Below are positions 37,689 through 50,143 of a stretch of 64,000 nt of DNA, piece after piece. Every line of letters starts with the position of its first letter. Positions within the stretch are counted from its first letter, which is position 1. Source of the stretch: Haliotis rubra (lineage: Eukaryota); the NCBI RefSeq assembly GCF_003918875.1, contig NW_025766975.1, forward strand, positions 994,684 to 1,058,683, read 5' to 3'. The translations under genes and the position numbers were made by a program. A model generated the notes under the pieces. That model searched no databases. It was not told the origin of the DNA and worked only from the letters and a program-made list of their open reading frames with translations.

Positions 37689-38375
37689 GGAAAAAATAAG
37701 AGATGTCAAGAGTCATATCATACACTCGCATACCTGTGCATAAATCAAAGAGGTCATATTGTGATTCACATTATTCAACTACAAAGGTGAAATTCTCTTC
37801 CCAGTCTCCACTTAAAAGTCTGATTTGATCGACCTACAATCCCTTCACAATGTCCAAGTTAATAAATGGGTGGATAGATACTCCTCACGATCTTCATTTT
37901 TCACAGTGTGGGATAGAGCTACTTCTCCTCATAATAGGCCCCGTAAGTCTCTCGAGGCGCTACTTCCAGTACTAAGCGACTTCCCGGCTCCCTTTGAGCA
38001 CGACAACGTCCGGGGCCCAGCTTACTTCTGGTACCACATTTCCAGTGACAAACGTATATTCAAGAACCAGGTCTGGTTCCAAATTGTTTGACCGCCAAAT
38101 ATGACTTTACTAGACCAGACCAAGTGTACAACCATGCTTGGCTGTCACAGCTGTTGACAGCCGTAATAGTTGGCTAATGTGGGAATGGTTAGATCGGAGA
38201 TTTGTTATTCCTGCAAGGAGTATCGGTTCCTTAATGTCAACTGACAACCATGAGTCCATTTGAAAAGTTATGAAATGTTGTGCCATAACCTACTTACAGG
38301 CCCTATACATTAGCAGGCTAGTATAGACCTACCAGGCTTTCACAATCTCCATTGCAAACTATGGGATAGCCCTAC

Positions 38376-38466
38376 CTTCTCTTCACAATCTCTACTTCAA
38401 TGGGTGGGATGTACTCCAGTGGTCCTCGGATCAGCCATAAATCACCTGGCTTTCTTTTTGGCTTTC
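38376..38466 (-). CDS. MVP: MVP exon 11
   Basis: ttttttacaacag|GAAAGCC ... AAGAGAAG|gtagggc; encodes (G)[29 protein letters not shown] (cf. [27 protein letters not shown]). Confidence 0.85.
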
Positions 38467-38589
38467 CTGTTGTAAAAAACATCCCAATATGAAAGCTCTT
38501 CACTTTAATAAACAAGTGTTTGCCACTGATATGTCCCCCGCCGCTAAAGAATGGAACATCTATATTTACTACTTTTTATTTTTTGGTCA

Positions 38590-39140
38590 CATACAAATAT
38601 GGAATAACTGGTGTCTGCCTAATCACCCAATGTAGGCCGTCGACATAATTGAAAACATTGGGTGCAATGTTTTATGAGATATCGCATTTAAAAAAGTTTG
38701 AAAAGTGGTAAAAGTGTCGTGGTGACTTTGAAGATAAGGTCAAGGTCACCCAAATCAACAAGTGTCTCTGTAATCCCCCAATGTAGGCTGTCACCAAATT
38801 TGAAGACATTGCATGGCTACAACAGTCCATGAGATGTCGCGTTAACAAGAGTTTGAAAAGTGATCAAACTGTCATGGCGACCTTGAAGATAAGGCCAAGG
38901 TCATCCAAATAATCTGGTGTCTGCGTAATCCCCCAATGTAGGCTGTCACCCAATTTGAAGACGTTGGGTACAACAGTTCATGAGATATTGCATTAACAAG
39001 AGTTTGATAAGTGGTCAAAGTGTTATGTGCCCTTGAAAATAAGGTCAAGGTCACCCAAAATCGACTGGTGTCTGGGAAATCCCCAAATGTAGACTGTCAC
39101 CAAATTTGAAGACATTGGGTATAACAGTTCATGAGATATC
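38590..39140. repeat. 150-160-bp tandem repeat x about 3.5 (intron 11)
   Basis: AATCCCCCAATGTAGGCTGTCACC... recurs at 38621, 38763, 38924, 39075. Confidence 0.8.
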
Positions 39141-39588
39141 GCTTTAAAAAGATCCAGGATGTATGTACATACGTACGGACGCCGCCAAATACATAGTCCC
39201 CTGTTCCGCGTTGTGGAGGGGGACAATAAACAAGCTTCATGTGGCCTTATAATGATAAGTGCATTTGTAATGCGCTAAACTCCATTCCCTAGGTGAATTT
39301 CCAGTCAAGGATATGGATACAGACATTATACAGATTATTGAAAATCTGAAAGGATTGATTTGGAAGGAGTGGTGCATGAAGGATAATGTAACTCTCACAC
39401 CCAGACGTTTTCATTCTCTGTTCACATGTGAACTGAACTGATCGATGTTACAGTCGGTTGTAAGTACATAATTGCTATAGTATTGCTATACATTGTTTAT
39501 GGTAATGTGATGAATTTATGTGTCAGTTACAGTAATAGATGCTTAGCCCTAAAAATCTTAGCTTGGAATAAAGAGTAGTTATCATAAC

Positions 39589-39988
39589 TAGGGGTGTCGC
39601 GATACGCGAATGTATCGATGTATCGATACATTTTTACTGGCGATACGATACGCGATACATGCTTGCATGTATCGATTCCTATTTTAAAACTTTATCGATT
39701 CAAATTTTTATGCTATATCCATCTCCTTCAAAGTCTTGATAGTAAAATTATACGAGATCGCTCCGATAAATAGATGTAGCTAGCTTTACTTAAAAAATAG
39801 GTTGGAAACTAACAGCTTTTGTGATTGGCTAGACTATTTTGATGGACCAATCAGCGAGAGCCGTACGTTGCCGGTAAGGTAATGCTATGAAAAGGCGAGA
39901 AAATTATGTATCGCGATACGTATTGTATCGTGACCTTAAAATCGTGATACGTATCGTATCGTGAGATTGGTGTATCGTGACACCCCTA
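39589..39988. mobile_element. hAT-like MITE (~400 bp) with 8-bp target-site duplication
   Basis: TIRs TAGGGGTGTCGCGATACG / CGTGACACCCCTA (YARNG start); flanked by identical ATCATAAC at 39581-39588 and 39989-39996; internal CGATACG/CGTATCG micro-repeats. Confidence 0.75.
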
Positions 39989-39999
39989 ATCATAACCTT

Positions 40000-40385
40000 C
40001 TGATTCGAAAGTCAGACGACTTGTCCACATGACCAAAGATGTTAACCCCATCAGCAAGCTGACAAGGTAAGGATGTCAGCTATGGGATGATTCAACGCCT
40101 TGCTACATTCGCACCCATTAACAGAAGGCACGTCCCGGACTGCATAGCTGGGTACTGAGACTTATTTTGCTCAAATTTATTATGAACGTGCTCAACCCCA
40201 TGTTGGGCCCCAATATAGCAGCCATAGAATATCAGAATTGATTTGGGATTCGAACCGCAGATCTTCTGATCAGAAGTCGGACATCTTGTCCACATGACAA
40301 AAGAGGTTAACCCTGTTAGCAAGCTGACAAGGTAAGGATGTCATTTGTGGGACTACTCCACGCCCTGCTACACAAACACATGTTA
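40000..40385 (-). mobile_element. two adjacent copies of a tRNA-derived SINE (SINE-E)
   Basis: repeated GGATTCGAA(A/C)...GACTTGTCCACATGAC(C/A)AAAGA(T/G)GTTAACCC...AGCAAGCTGACAAGGTAAGGATGTCA; minus-strand 3' end has a tRNA-like T-arm GGTTCGAATCCC. Confidence 0.55.
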
Positions 40386-40434
40386 TCATGTTATCACTGA
40401 GCATACCTTTAAATAATATCATATCTGTGCATAC

Positions 40435-40536
40435 CTTTAAACATATCGTCAGTGAAGGCTCCCTTGGCCTGGAGGACAAGGCTCTCGTCAGCTGACAAGA
40501 CGTGGGTGTTCTGTATGCCATCCTCAAGCCTCTCGC
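40435..40536 (-). CDS. MVP: MVP exon 10
   Basis: ctatgtttag|GCGAGAGG ... TTTAAAG|gtatgc; encodes (G)ERLEDGIQNTHVLSADESLVLQAKGAFTDDMFK (cf. [36 protein letters not shown]). Confidence 0.8.
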
Positions 40537-41119
40537 CTAAACATAGAAAGAAACACAATGTTCTTCAGGTCATTACAAACAACAACAGGGTCAGCAAAAA
40601 CAGGAAAGGAAAAGTCATATATTCAATAAAAGTAGGGGAAACGAAAATTCTAGATTATGATTAAATGACCATGATGTTGCTTGATGCTGCTTACAGGGGT
40701 AGTATGAATGAAAAAAATAAACCTTTTAATATGAAATGAAACAGGCTTTTAGAATGAGTTGAGGTAAAAAAAGAGTGAAATTGGTCTTATAAGGTGTAAC
40801 GATGTTATTCGCTTATCAGTTGGCACGTGTCACATATTACAATCGTCATCAGCCAACGCGTGTTCATTACAGAAACAGAGTTCTCGATAAATGTGAAACA
40901 TTTGAATCGATATAATGCAAAAAATAAACAAGTTACTTTTAATATCTGTACTGTTCTGTCACTGAAATTACTAGAAAACTTTTTATGTTGAAAAGAGCAA
41001 GACAAAAAGGCATATTTATGAGCAAACTTGTCCTATAAGGTGATGAAATAATACAACTCACTCAATCATTATGATTGTGTGAAAAATACAGAGTAGGTAT
41101 ATGTGAAGCTTTTGTTTAC

Positions 41120-41261
41120 CTGGGTGTAGGAAAAATGTACACAACCCTTTCTTCAGCACCCGCTTCCCAAGGCATGGCCTCTTGTCCTCGTCTACTGGGT
41201 CCAGGACAACACAGTACTGACCCTTGCTGACCACCTCCTTCTTCACCTGCTTGACAACCTC
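41120..41261 (-). CDS. MVP: MVP exon 9
   Basis: cctgctgcag|GAGGTT ... CACCCAG|gtaaac; encodes EVVKQVKKEVVSKGQYCVVLDPVDEDKRPCLGKRVLKKGLCTFFLHP (cf. [48 protein letters not shown]). Confidence 0.85.
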
Positions 41262-41334
41262 CTGCAGCAGGAAGAGTCACAGTTGTTGACTACATCAACA
41301 TCGTCTACAGCTATTTCATGTGCATCACTAACAC

Positions 41335-41497
41335 AGTGAGTGAGTTTTGTTTTACGCTGCTTTTAGCAATATTCCAGCAATATCACGGCAGGAGACATCA
41401 GAAATGGGCTTCACACATTATACTCATGTGGGGAATCGAACCCGGTTCTTCGGTGTGACAAGTGAACGCTTTAGCTACTAGGCACTACCCCACCACC
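41335..41497 (-). mobile_element. SINE-A copy
   Basis: (GTGA)n TTTTGTTTTACGCTGCTTTTAGCAATATTCCAGCAATATCACGGCAGGAGACATCAGAAATGGGCTTCACACATT... Confidence 0.75.
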
Positions 41498-41519
41498 CCA
41501 CCAACACAGACTGCACCTA

Positions 41520-42440
41520 CAATACCTACATGCAAAGCATCTACACCAACATCATGTATCTTCACTACCTACACCATCAACATCGACATTGTTAAAAACA
41601 CTTACATCAACATCATGGGCATCAACATCAACATCTGTCAGGCAACATCAACTTTATTTATACTTACACGAACATTATCTACACCAACAGCATTGTCTGT
41701 ACCCATACTGTCTTCACCAACAGCAATGACGGCACCCACACTGTCTACACCAACAGCATCTACACCTACATCATCTATATCAACAGCATTGACGGCACCT
41801 ACACCAACAGCATCTACACCTACATCATCTATATCAACGGCAATGACGGCACCTACACCAACAGCATCTACACCTACATCATCTATATCAACAGCAATGA
41901 CTGCACCCACACTGCCTTCACCAACAGCAATGACGGCACCTACACTGTCTAGACCAACATCATCTACACCTACATCATCTATATCAACAGCAATGACTGC
42001 TACCACAGTGGTAAAAAATATCAATGAATATTGGGTCAACACCATTATCATCTACAGCAACAGCATTGACTGCACCCAGATTGTCTACATCAACAGCATC
42101 AACAGCTTCCACATCTACACCAACTGCACTGACTGCACCCACACTTTCTTCACCAACTGCATCTACACCTACATCACCAATATCAACCGCACTGACTGGG
42201 CACACACTGTATCAACAGCACCTACACCTACATTAACTACACCAACAAAATTGTCTACAACAGCAGCATCTACATCTTCATCATCTACACCAACAGCATT
42301 GACTGAACCCAAATTGTCCACAACAACAGCATCCACATGTACATCAACAACAGTGAATGCATCAACATTGTCTACAACAGCATCTACATCAACTTCAGTA
42401 ACATTATTTAAAACTTTACATTCTCTACAGGTATAATCAC
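41520..42440. repeat. 54-bp CA-rich minisatellite (intron 8)
   Basis: period 54 measured (ACGGCACCTA at 41801 and 41855); unit ACACCAACAGCATCTACACCTACATCATCTATATCAACAGCAATGACGGCACCT; produces a spurious 324-aa Thr/Pro/Ser-rich ORF on +. Confidence 0.8.
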
Positions 42441-42883
42441 TGATCACATCCATAAAACATTGATCTTGTTAATCACAACAACATCAATAATAATGTCCAC
42501 AACAACAACATCATGTGGTGATGACTCCACCCCTCTAGCCCCCATCCTCCTATCCCCCTGTTGTTACAAGCCACTAGAGCTCAGGTCACAAATCAGTTAA
42601 GTTGGGCATGGAGAGTCCTTGAATTGGTGACCATGTTTGGCAGCTTGACCTCTGAGAGTTTCTTGCATTTCAGTCCTGCCCCATTTACAGCAACAGCATT
42701 GACTGCACCCTCATTGTCTACATCAGCAGCAGAGGGTGTACACAAGGACGGAAATACAACTACAGTACATATTAACATACACCTTCCCATTACTGATCAC
42801 ACCAACATCACTAAGGAACCGTTCATAATTTATGGCTTGGGGCATTGATGATTATTTTTAGGGAATCATGTACAATGGGAATG

Positions 42884-42911
42884 ACACACACACACACACA
42901 CACACACACAC
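42884..42911. repeat. (AC)n microsatellite
   Basis: acacacacacacacacacacacacacac. Confidence 0.9.
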
Positions 42912-43274
42912 CCCTAAGATTTATGTACAAAGTAAGTGACCCCTCCCGCACGTCAAGTACAAAATCAATGATCCCCCTTCCCTTTCCATAATTTTTAAGC
43001 ATAAATTTTAATAATATTTACGCACAAAATTGCTGACACCCCCAAACATTTGTACAAAAATCCTGGCCCCCACACAATTTAAAAAAAAAGAAATGGGTGA
43101 CCCCACCTTAATATCAACATTATCCCCCCTTAGCCATAAATTAAGAATGATCACTAATAACATCATATTGTCTACTACATATGTCAATGACTACACATAC
43201 ATCCCATATCACATCAAAATCATTTCCACATACATTACCAACACATCTGTGAACTAAGACTCAGGCTGACTTAC

Positions 43275-43341
43275 CACTCCAACTTCAGGAAAATAACTAT
43301 CAGTTTCTTCTCCAGTCAGCAGCCATTCTTCTCCAGCCAAC
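43275..43341 (-). CDS. MVP: MVP exon 8
   Basis: ttgttgcag|GTTGGC ... GGAGTG|gtaagt; encodes (R)LAGEEWLLTGEETDSYFPEVGV (cf. [24 protein letters not shown]). Confidence 0.85.
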
Positions 43342-43776
43342 CTGCAACAAAAACATCACATCTTCACCACTGAGGCTATTTCACATCAGTATTTGCTACA
43401 TTTATTTAACATGTTTACTGTTTTAGCCACATTCGAGTTCTAAGAGCTCTAAATTAGCAGTCCAGGGCCAGACAATCCTGTGATTGATTTTTGTGAGCAA
43501 CGATTATCAGGGTACAAAGACAAGCCATCACCTGCTGCTTTTAGTGGCCTCTTGCAAGATAGGTTGCTGGGAAACTATTTTAGTGGAACAGTTAGCGAAT
43601 GTTGCAACATTCTGGCAACAAAATGGCCATCTCTAAATAGCCAACTGACTGCATTTATGACAAGCATAGGGTACTGTAATCATCTTTTGAAAAACACATA
43701 AGAGTCTGATGAGAAGAATTAATGCAACTATAAATATGAATACAGTCAGTGGATGGGACTCAACTCAACAAAAGTG

Positions 43777-43965
43777 CCCGTGAAGATCCGGGTTAGATTT
43801 AGTCTTCAGGAACCCATGCCTGTCGTAAAAGGTGACTAACGAGATCGGGTGGTCAGACTCGATGACTTGGTTGACACATGTCATCGTATCCCAGTTGCGT
43901 AGATTGATGCTCATGCTGTTGATCACTACAGACCGCCGCGATACAGATGGCATAAAACAACAAAC
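43777..43965 (+). mobile_element. SINE-B copy
   Basis: CCCGTGAAGATCCGGGTTAGATT...GACTAACGAGATCGGGTGGTCAGACTCGATGACTTGGTTGACACATGTCATCG... Confidence 0.7.
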
Positions 43966-44100
43966 CAAACCTAGCCCAACAAAATCACTGGAATCTATAC
44001 TTTACTGAGAAAGTGTAATCACAATAGAACACGTATTACATGTATCGCAGCTGCACAGTTACCCTAATGGTCAAATGGATGATTTTACAACTCAATTTAC

Positions 44101-44195
44101 CTGCTGTCACCATACGCATCAGTTAATGTCCGAGTGGCTCGAAGGTGCAGGCCAGCATCATGGGTCAAGGTTATCTTCGATTTCACATCGAGTAC
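44101..44195 (-). CDS. MVP: MVP exon 7
   Basis: cactgtag|GTACTC ... GACAGCAG|gtaaattg; encodes VLDVKSKITLTHDAGLHLRATRTLTDAYGDS (cf. [31 protein letters not shown]). Confidence 0.8.
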
Positions 44196-45233
44196 CTACA
44201 GTGAAGCACAATACAACTGAAGTGAAATCACATTATTAGAGATTTAATAAAAAAGTTATGAGTAAAAGAAATTGGTCAATGCTGACAGTAGTTATGAAAA
44301 TATGAGAAACAAATCCATGTCACCATGGATAACGTCATAATTTGTACATTTGTTTTAGAATGTTAATAAGTATGTGCCTTAATTATTACACTAAATTACA
44401 CCACACCATTCCACACACATGGACATTTTGTGTACACCGCTCTCTTCAAACATCATTGCCACCGACAAACATCTATATACACCTCACTCTCTTCTCTTTG
44501 CCCTTCCCTTAGCCACACACACACCAGTGCCAACTCATAACTGAATTATGTATGTCAACAGTTTCCAACATGGCACTACGTGTACTTATAACTAGTGTTG
44601 AGAATTAGTTGAAATCTCACTATTGATGATTGGTTCATTATCAACGGGTAATCATCGAAAAAAATTGGTTCGTGTCATTCTTCAGATTTTATTGTTCAGG
44701 TTGCTAAGGCAGATAAGTTAAAAACCAAAACGTATGGTTTTCTGTAGGTTTTTGTTTTATTTAAGAACTGCACAAATTTCACATCCAATGTAAAATGATG
44801 CAACTTGCTCCTTTAAAGTGATGACTTATATATCATGAACTTCCCAGAGTCTTCAAGAAATACTGAGTCATGACTTTTCAGTATGTGAAAGTGAGTTTTG
44901 TAAGAATTAAACACGTTTTCAGGCCCTGATGACTTATAAGAAATGTCAAGTGTTTCAAACACTAAACAGTAGTTCAAAATTCGTTTGTGATTATGAGAAA
45001 ATGAGATTGACTGCTTGATCGTTTGGTCACTGCGGCCAATCTTTGAATATTTCAATTAAACAGAAAACCACTACTTATAAAATCAAGCCCTGTGTGCTGG
45101 TGTACAAGGCAACCTTAGCGCTACGACTGTTGTAAGTCCATGTTAAGGTAAGAGAGTTATGGTCACCTTAGTGCAAAGATCACTTTGTACGATGGCATAC
45201 TGTACTAGAGAAAGTAAACAGACTGTGTCTCAC

Positions 45234-45303
45234 CTCTTCAAACACTCCTGGAACATAAGCCCCTGGTGTTGACACAAGCCATTCCTCGCCAGTCACACGA
45301 TCG
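45234..45303 (-). CDS. MVP: MVP exon 6
   Basis: tttttcag|CGATCG ... GAAGAG|gtgagac; encodes (N)[23 protein letters not shown] (cf. [23 protein letters not shown]). Confidence 0.9.
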
Positions 45304-45454
45304 CTGAAAAATGCATCCAAACTATGAACCTGTTCTTGTTCACTTGAAGCTTCATGAATATCAATTTTTTTCCTCTTCCAAAATCTAGATACATACAAAG
45401 AACTTTTACCAACAGATTCGTAGTAATATAACAATGGTAAGTAATTAATCGTCT

Positions 45455-45600
45455 TTGGACCACACAATTCAGTGATTAACATCCTGAGGATCAACCTAAG
45501 CAATTGGAATACAATGACAGTGAGCCCGACCACCTGATCCTGTTAGTCGCCTCTTACTATAAGCATGGTTGTTTAAGAAAAATTCTAAATCGCATCCTCA
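45455..45600 (-). mobile_element. SINE-B fragment
   Basis: CCACACAATTCAGTGATTAACATCCTGAGGATCAACCTAAGCAATTGGAATACAATGACAGTGAGCCCGACCACCTGATCCTGTTAGTCGCCTCTTAC. Confidence 0.65.
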
Positions 45601-45845
45601 ACTCTTTGCATCCAGGATGCCAAATTTAATTGAAGATAATTTCTCAGCTCAACAATGGCATAATTCTGGGAATAAGTATAAAGTTTCATGAACATAGACA
45701 CTCAGCCATACACTTAAAATTCATCCAATCAGAACACTTGACATCAGTAACATCTAAATAGATATTCACGTACAGATCATATCTTAGTGGATTGCAGACT
45801 TTATTCCAATACAAAAAAACATTCACAGGAAATATAGCCACATGA

Positions 45846-46004
45846 CTGAGTGAGTGAGTGAGTTTAGTTCTATCCCGCTCTTAGCAATATTCCAGCAATA
45901 TCATAGCAGGGGACACCAGAAAAGGGCTTCACACTGTGCTCATGTGGGGAAACGAAACCGGATCTCAGCATGTTGAGTGACCGCCTAAGCACTAGTCTAC
46001 CCAA
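45846..46004 (-). mobile_element. SINE-A copy
   Basis: (GAGT)n TTTAGTTCTATCCCGCTCTTAGCAATATTCCAGCAATATCATAGCAGGGGACACCAGAAAAGGGCTTCACAC... Confidence 0.75.
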
Positions 46005-46730
46005 CCACTATAGCAACATGAACTAAAGGGACTTAATACAGTCATCTGTAGATTTTAATCGACTGGTATTGATAATGGCCCAAATATGAGCTTTAAGTGT
46101 TCAATAGTGGATGCTGCCCTACTTAATTTAGAAACTGGGTTCTGAAATAACTGTCCTTGTAAATGTGCTTGAGGTAATTCAAAATTCATTTGTCTGCTCA
46201 CGTAGATGCCATGATGTACAAAGTGTGTGTAACTTGATACAGAGGAGTCTTACACTGGGCACTATAACCTGTGGAAAGGGACTCTTGACAGGGGAGGTAA
46301 TATGGTTTCATGGAGAGTTATTTCCCTTTAGTCATATGAAACATCCAGTCATGTCCTTAACATACTAATCTTAATTATCAAACTCAAAAGAAAACATTAA
46401 TTTCTAATTGGCAAGTACATTTACAAACAGAGAAAACATATCCTACAAGGTAAGAGTGACATCTATTTGAACGTACAAGAAAAAAACAAGGACTATTCCA
46501 AAAATGGGTTATTTTTTTAATCACCTCTTCATGTTAAATTTGTGATTACAGAGTACAGAGTGTAGTACCTTTGGGTTGAGTCCCACCTAGGATTTGAATT
46601 CCCACTCTCAAAGAGAAGCACATAAGCGCCAGCACACAGAGTAAAGCATTAGAATCTGGACCTCAGAAAGTGTAATCACAAACAGGTTACATTTGACCAC
46701 TTTCTAAAAGGCATTGGTAACCATCCTTAC

Positions 46731-46822
46731 TTTCCTTCGTTATCATAACAGTCCTGAATGGCCCGTAGATTGAGGGAATCTCCATTCCTGATGATGAACG
46801 GCTGCACAATCTTCACAACCTC
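46731..46822 (-). CDS. MVP: MVP exon 5
   Basis: tcctacag|GAGGTT ... GGAAA|gtaagg; encodes EVVKIVQPFIIRNGDSLNLRAIQDCYDNEG (cf. [30 protein letters not shown]). Confidence 0.85.
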
Positions 46823-47024
46823 CTGTAGGATGACAACAATCATAACAATTACTGATCAGGTTTACTGAACATGATACTTGATGACATATATGAAAGTATG
46901 TGAAATCAAATAATTAATATATAATAACATCACACTTTGGGTGTATGAACTGGTCAGTACTAACAGCTATCTGCTTCAATTACCTTAACAATTAGGACAA
47001 AATCTAATGATGTTTCAGTCTTCT

Positions 47025-49665
47025 CACCATTGCAGCTCTAGAAATGTGGTCTACTCGCCACATCAGCTCTAGCAATGTGGTCTACTCGCCACATCAGCTC
47101 TAGGAATGTGGCCTACTCAACACATCAGCTCTAGGAATGTAGGTTACTCAACACATAAGCTCTAGGAATGTAGGCAACTCGCCACATCAGCTCTAGGAAT
47201 GTGGTGTACTCAACAGCTCAGCTCTAGGAATTTGGTCTACTTGCCACATCAGCTCTAGGAATGTGGTCTCTCGCCACATCAGCTCAACACATAGGCTCTA
47301 GGAATGTGGTCTACTCGCCACATCAGCTCTAGGAATGTGGTCTACTCAACATATCAGCTCTAGGAATGTGGTCTACTCAACACATAGGCTCTAGGAATGT
47401 GGTCTACTCAACACATCAGCTCTAGGAATGTGGCCACATCAGCTCTAGGAATGTGGTCTACTCAACATATCAGCTCTAGGAATGTGGTCTACTCACCACA
47501 TCGGCTCTAGGAATGTGGTCTACTCAACACATCAGCTCTAGGGATGTAGCTTAGTCACCACATCAGCTCTAGGGATGTAGCCTACTCAGCTCTAGGAATG
47601 TAGGTTACTCACAACATCAGCTCTAGGAATGTGGCCTACTCACCACATCAGCTCTAGGGATGTAGGCTACTCACATCAGCTCTAGTAATGTGGGTTACTC
47701 ACCACATCAGCTCCAGGAATGTAGGCTACTCACCACATCATCTCTAGGAATGTAGGCTACTCACCACATTAGCTCCAGTGATGTAGGCTACTCACCACAT
47801 CATATCTCTAGGAATGTGGGTTACTCACCACATCAGCTCTAGGAATGTGGGTTACTCACCACATCAGCTGTAGGGATGTAGGTTACTCACCACGTCAGCT
47901 CTAGGAATGCAGGCTACTCACCACATCAGCTCTAGGCATGTAGGCTACTCACCACATCAGCTCTAGGGATGTAGGCTACTCACCACATCAGCTCTAGGAA
48001 TGTGGGTTACTCACCACATCAGCTCTAGGAATGTGGGTTACTCACCACATCAGCTCCAGGAATGTAGGCTACTCGACACATCAGCTGTAGGTATGAAGGT
48101 TACTCACCACATCAGCTCTAGGAATGTAGGCTACTCACCCACATCAGTTCTAGGAATGTAGGCTACTCACCACATCAGCTCTAGGAATGTGGGTTACTCA
48201 CCACATCAGCTGTAGGGATGTAGGTTACTCACCACATCAGCTCTAGGAATGCAGGCTACTCACCACATCATCTCTAGGCATGTAGGCTACTCACCACATC
48301 AGCTCTAGGGATGTAGGCTACTCACCACATCAGCTCTAGGAATTTGGGTTACTCACCACATCAGCTCTAGGAATGTGGGTTACTCACCACATCAGCTCCA
48401 GGAATGTAGGCTACTCGACACATCAGCTGTAGGGATGAAGGTTACTCACCACATCAGCTCTAGGGATGTAGGCTACTCACCACATCAGCTCTAGGAATGT
48501 AGGCTACTCACCACATCAGTTCTAGGAATGTGGTTTACTCACCACATCAGCTCTAGGAATGTGGTTTACTCACCACATCAGCTCTAGGAATGTGGGTTAC
48601 TCAACACATCAGCTCTAGGAATGTAGGCTACTCACCACATCAGCTCTAGGAATGTGGGTTACTCACCACATCAGCTCTAGGAATGTAGGCTACTCACCAC
48701 ATCAGTTCTAGGAATGTAGGCTAATCACCACATCAGCTCTAGGAATGTAGCCTACTCACCACATCAGCTCCAGGCTACTCACCACATCAGCTAGGAATGT
48801 AGGCTACTCATCACATCAGCTCTAGGAATGTAGGCTACTCACCACATCAGCTCTAGGAATGTAGGCTACTCACCACATCAGCTCTAGGGATGTAGGCTAC
48901 TCAACACATCAGCTCTAGGAATGTAGGCTACTCACCACATCAGCTCTAGGAATGTAGGCTACTCACTACGTCAGGTCTAGGAATGTGGGTTTCTCACCAC
49001 ATCATCTCTAGGAATGTAGGCTACTCACCACATCAGCTCTAGGAATGTAGCCTACTCACCACATCAGCTCTAGAAATGTAGGCTACTCATCACATCAGCT
49101 CTAGGAATGTAGGCTACTCACCACATCAGCTCTAGGAATGTAGGCTACTCACCACATCAGCTCTAGGGATGTAGGCTACTCACCACATCAGCTCTAGGAA
49201 TGTAGGCTACTCACCACATCAGCTCTAGGAATGTAGGCTACTCACCACATCAGCTCTAGGGATGTAGGCTACTCACCACATCAGCTCTAGGGATGTAGGC
49301 TACTCACCACATCAGCTCTAGGAATGCAGGCTACTCACCACATCAGCTCTAGGGATGCAGGCTACTCCCCACATCAGCTCTAGGTATGTAGGCTACTCAC
49401 CACATCAGCTCTAGGAATGTGGGTTTCTCACGTCAGCTCTAGGGATGTAGGCTACTCACCACATCAGCTGTAAGGATGTAGGCTACTCACCACGTCAGCT
49501 CTAGGGATGTAGCCTACTCAACACATCAGTTCTAGGAATGTAGCCTACCCCAATCAGCTCTAGGAATGTAGGCTCATCACCACGTCAGCTCTAGGGATGT
49601 AGGCTCATCACCACATCAGCTCTAGGGATGTAGGCTACTCACCACATCAGCTCTAGGGATGTAGG
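47025..49665. repeat. Satellite B: 31-bp unit x about 85 (~2.6 kb), starting at the donor of MVP exon 4
   Basis: period 31 measured (48841 to 48872); minus-strand unit CCTACATYCCTAGAGCTGATGTG|GTGAGTAG = last 23 nt of exon 4 (..YIPRADV) + GTGAGTAG donor. Confidence 0.9.
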
Positions 49666-49867
49666 TCAGTGGTCCAGGCAGCTGCCACATCTCCTCTTCC
49701 TTCCTCTTCACCCCAGAGTCCTCCAGGTCAAAGAGGGCACGGAGGCGGATTGCATGGTTGGCATTGATAACAGGGAGGGGACGGACAGCCTTCTGGTACT
49801 GACCTCTCTGCTGGACGTATTCTGGGGCCAGCGTGAGTGATTCTCCTGGGTAGAGAGGGAATGGGTC
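49643..49867 (-). CDS. MVP: MVP exon 4 (vault repeat)
   Basis: ttcttccttgcag|GACCCA ... GATGTG|gtgagtag; encodes [75 protein letters not shown] (cf. [63 protein letters not shown]). Confidence 0.9.
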
Positions 49868-50143
49868 CTGCAAGGAAGAAGAGAGATTCAGGCTATCATG
49901 AAGACATAAAGTATCTGCAGTATGTTGTGAACAAAAAAGAAGAGAATAGTAAAGAGGACTGTTTCTGTTTGACTCATTTTGTCCTCCATCACTGAAAACA
50001 TTTGTCCATAAATATATCCACAAGCATGACCCCAGATGATTCAGCAACATGCAAGACTCATGACGACGCATATCATGTACCGTGCCAAGATAAGATAAAG
50101 TATAATTCAACACCACAGTCAGATGCAGGACTTTGGATAATGC

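Noticed and set aside
41462-42436. 324-aa Thr/Pro/Ser-rich ORF (mucin-like) on +
   Set aside because: It is encoded by a CA-rich 54-bp minisatellite inside MVP intron 8. It is a low-complexity artefact with no splice or initiation context.
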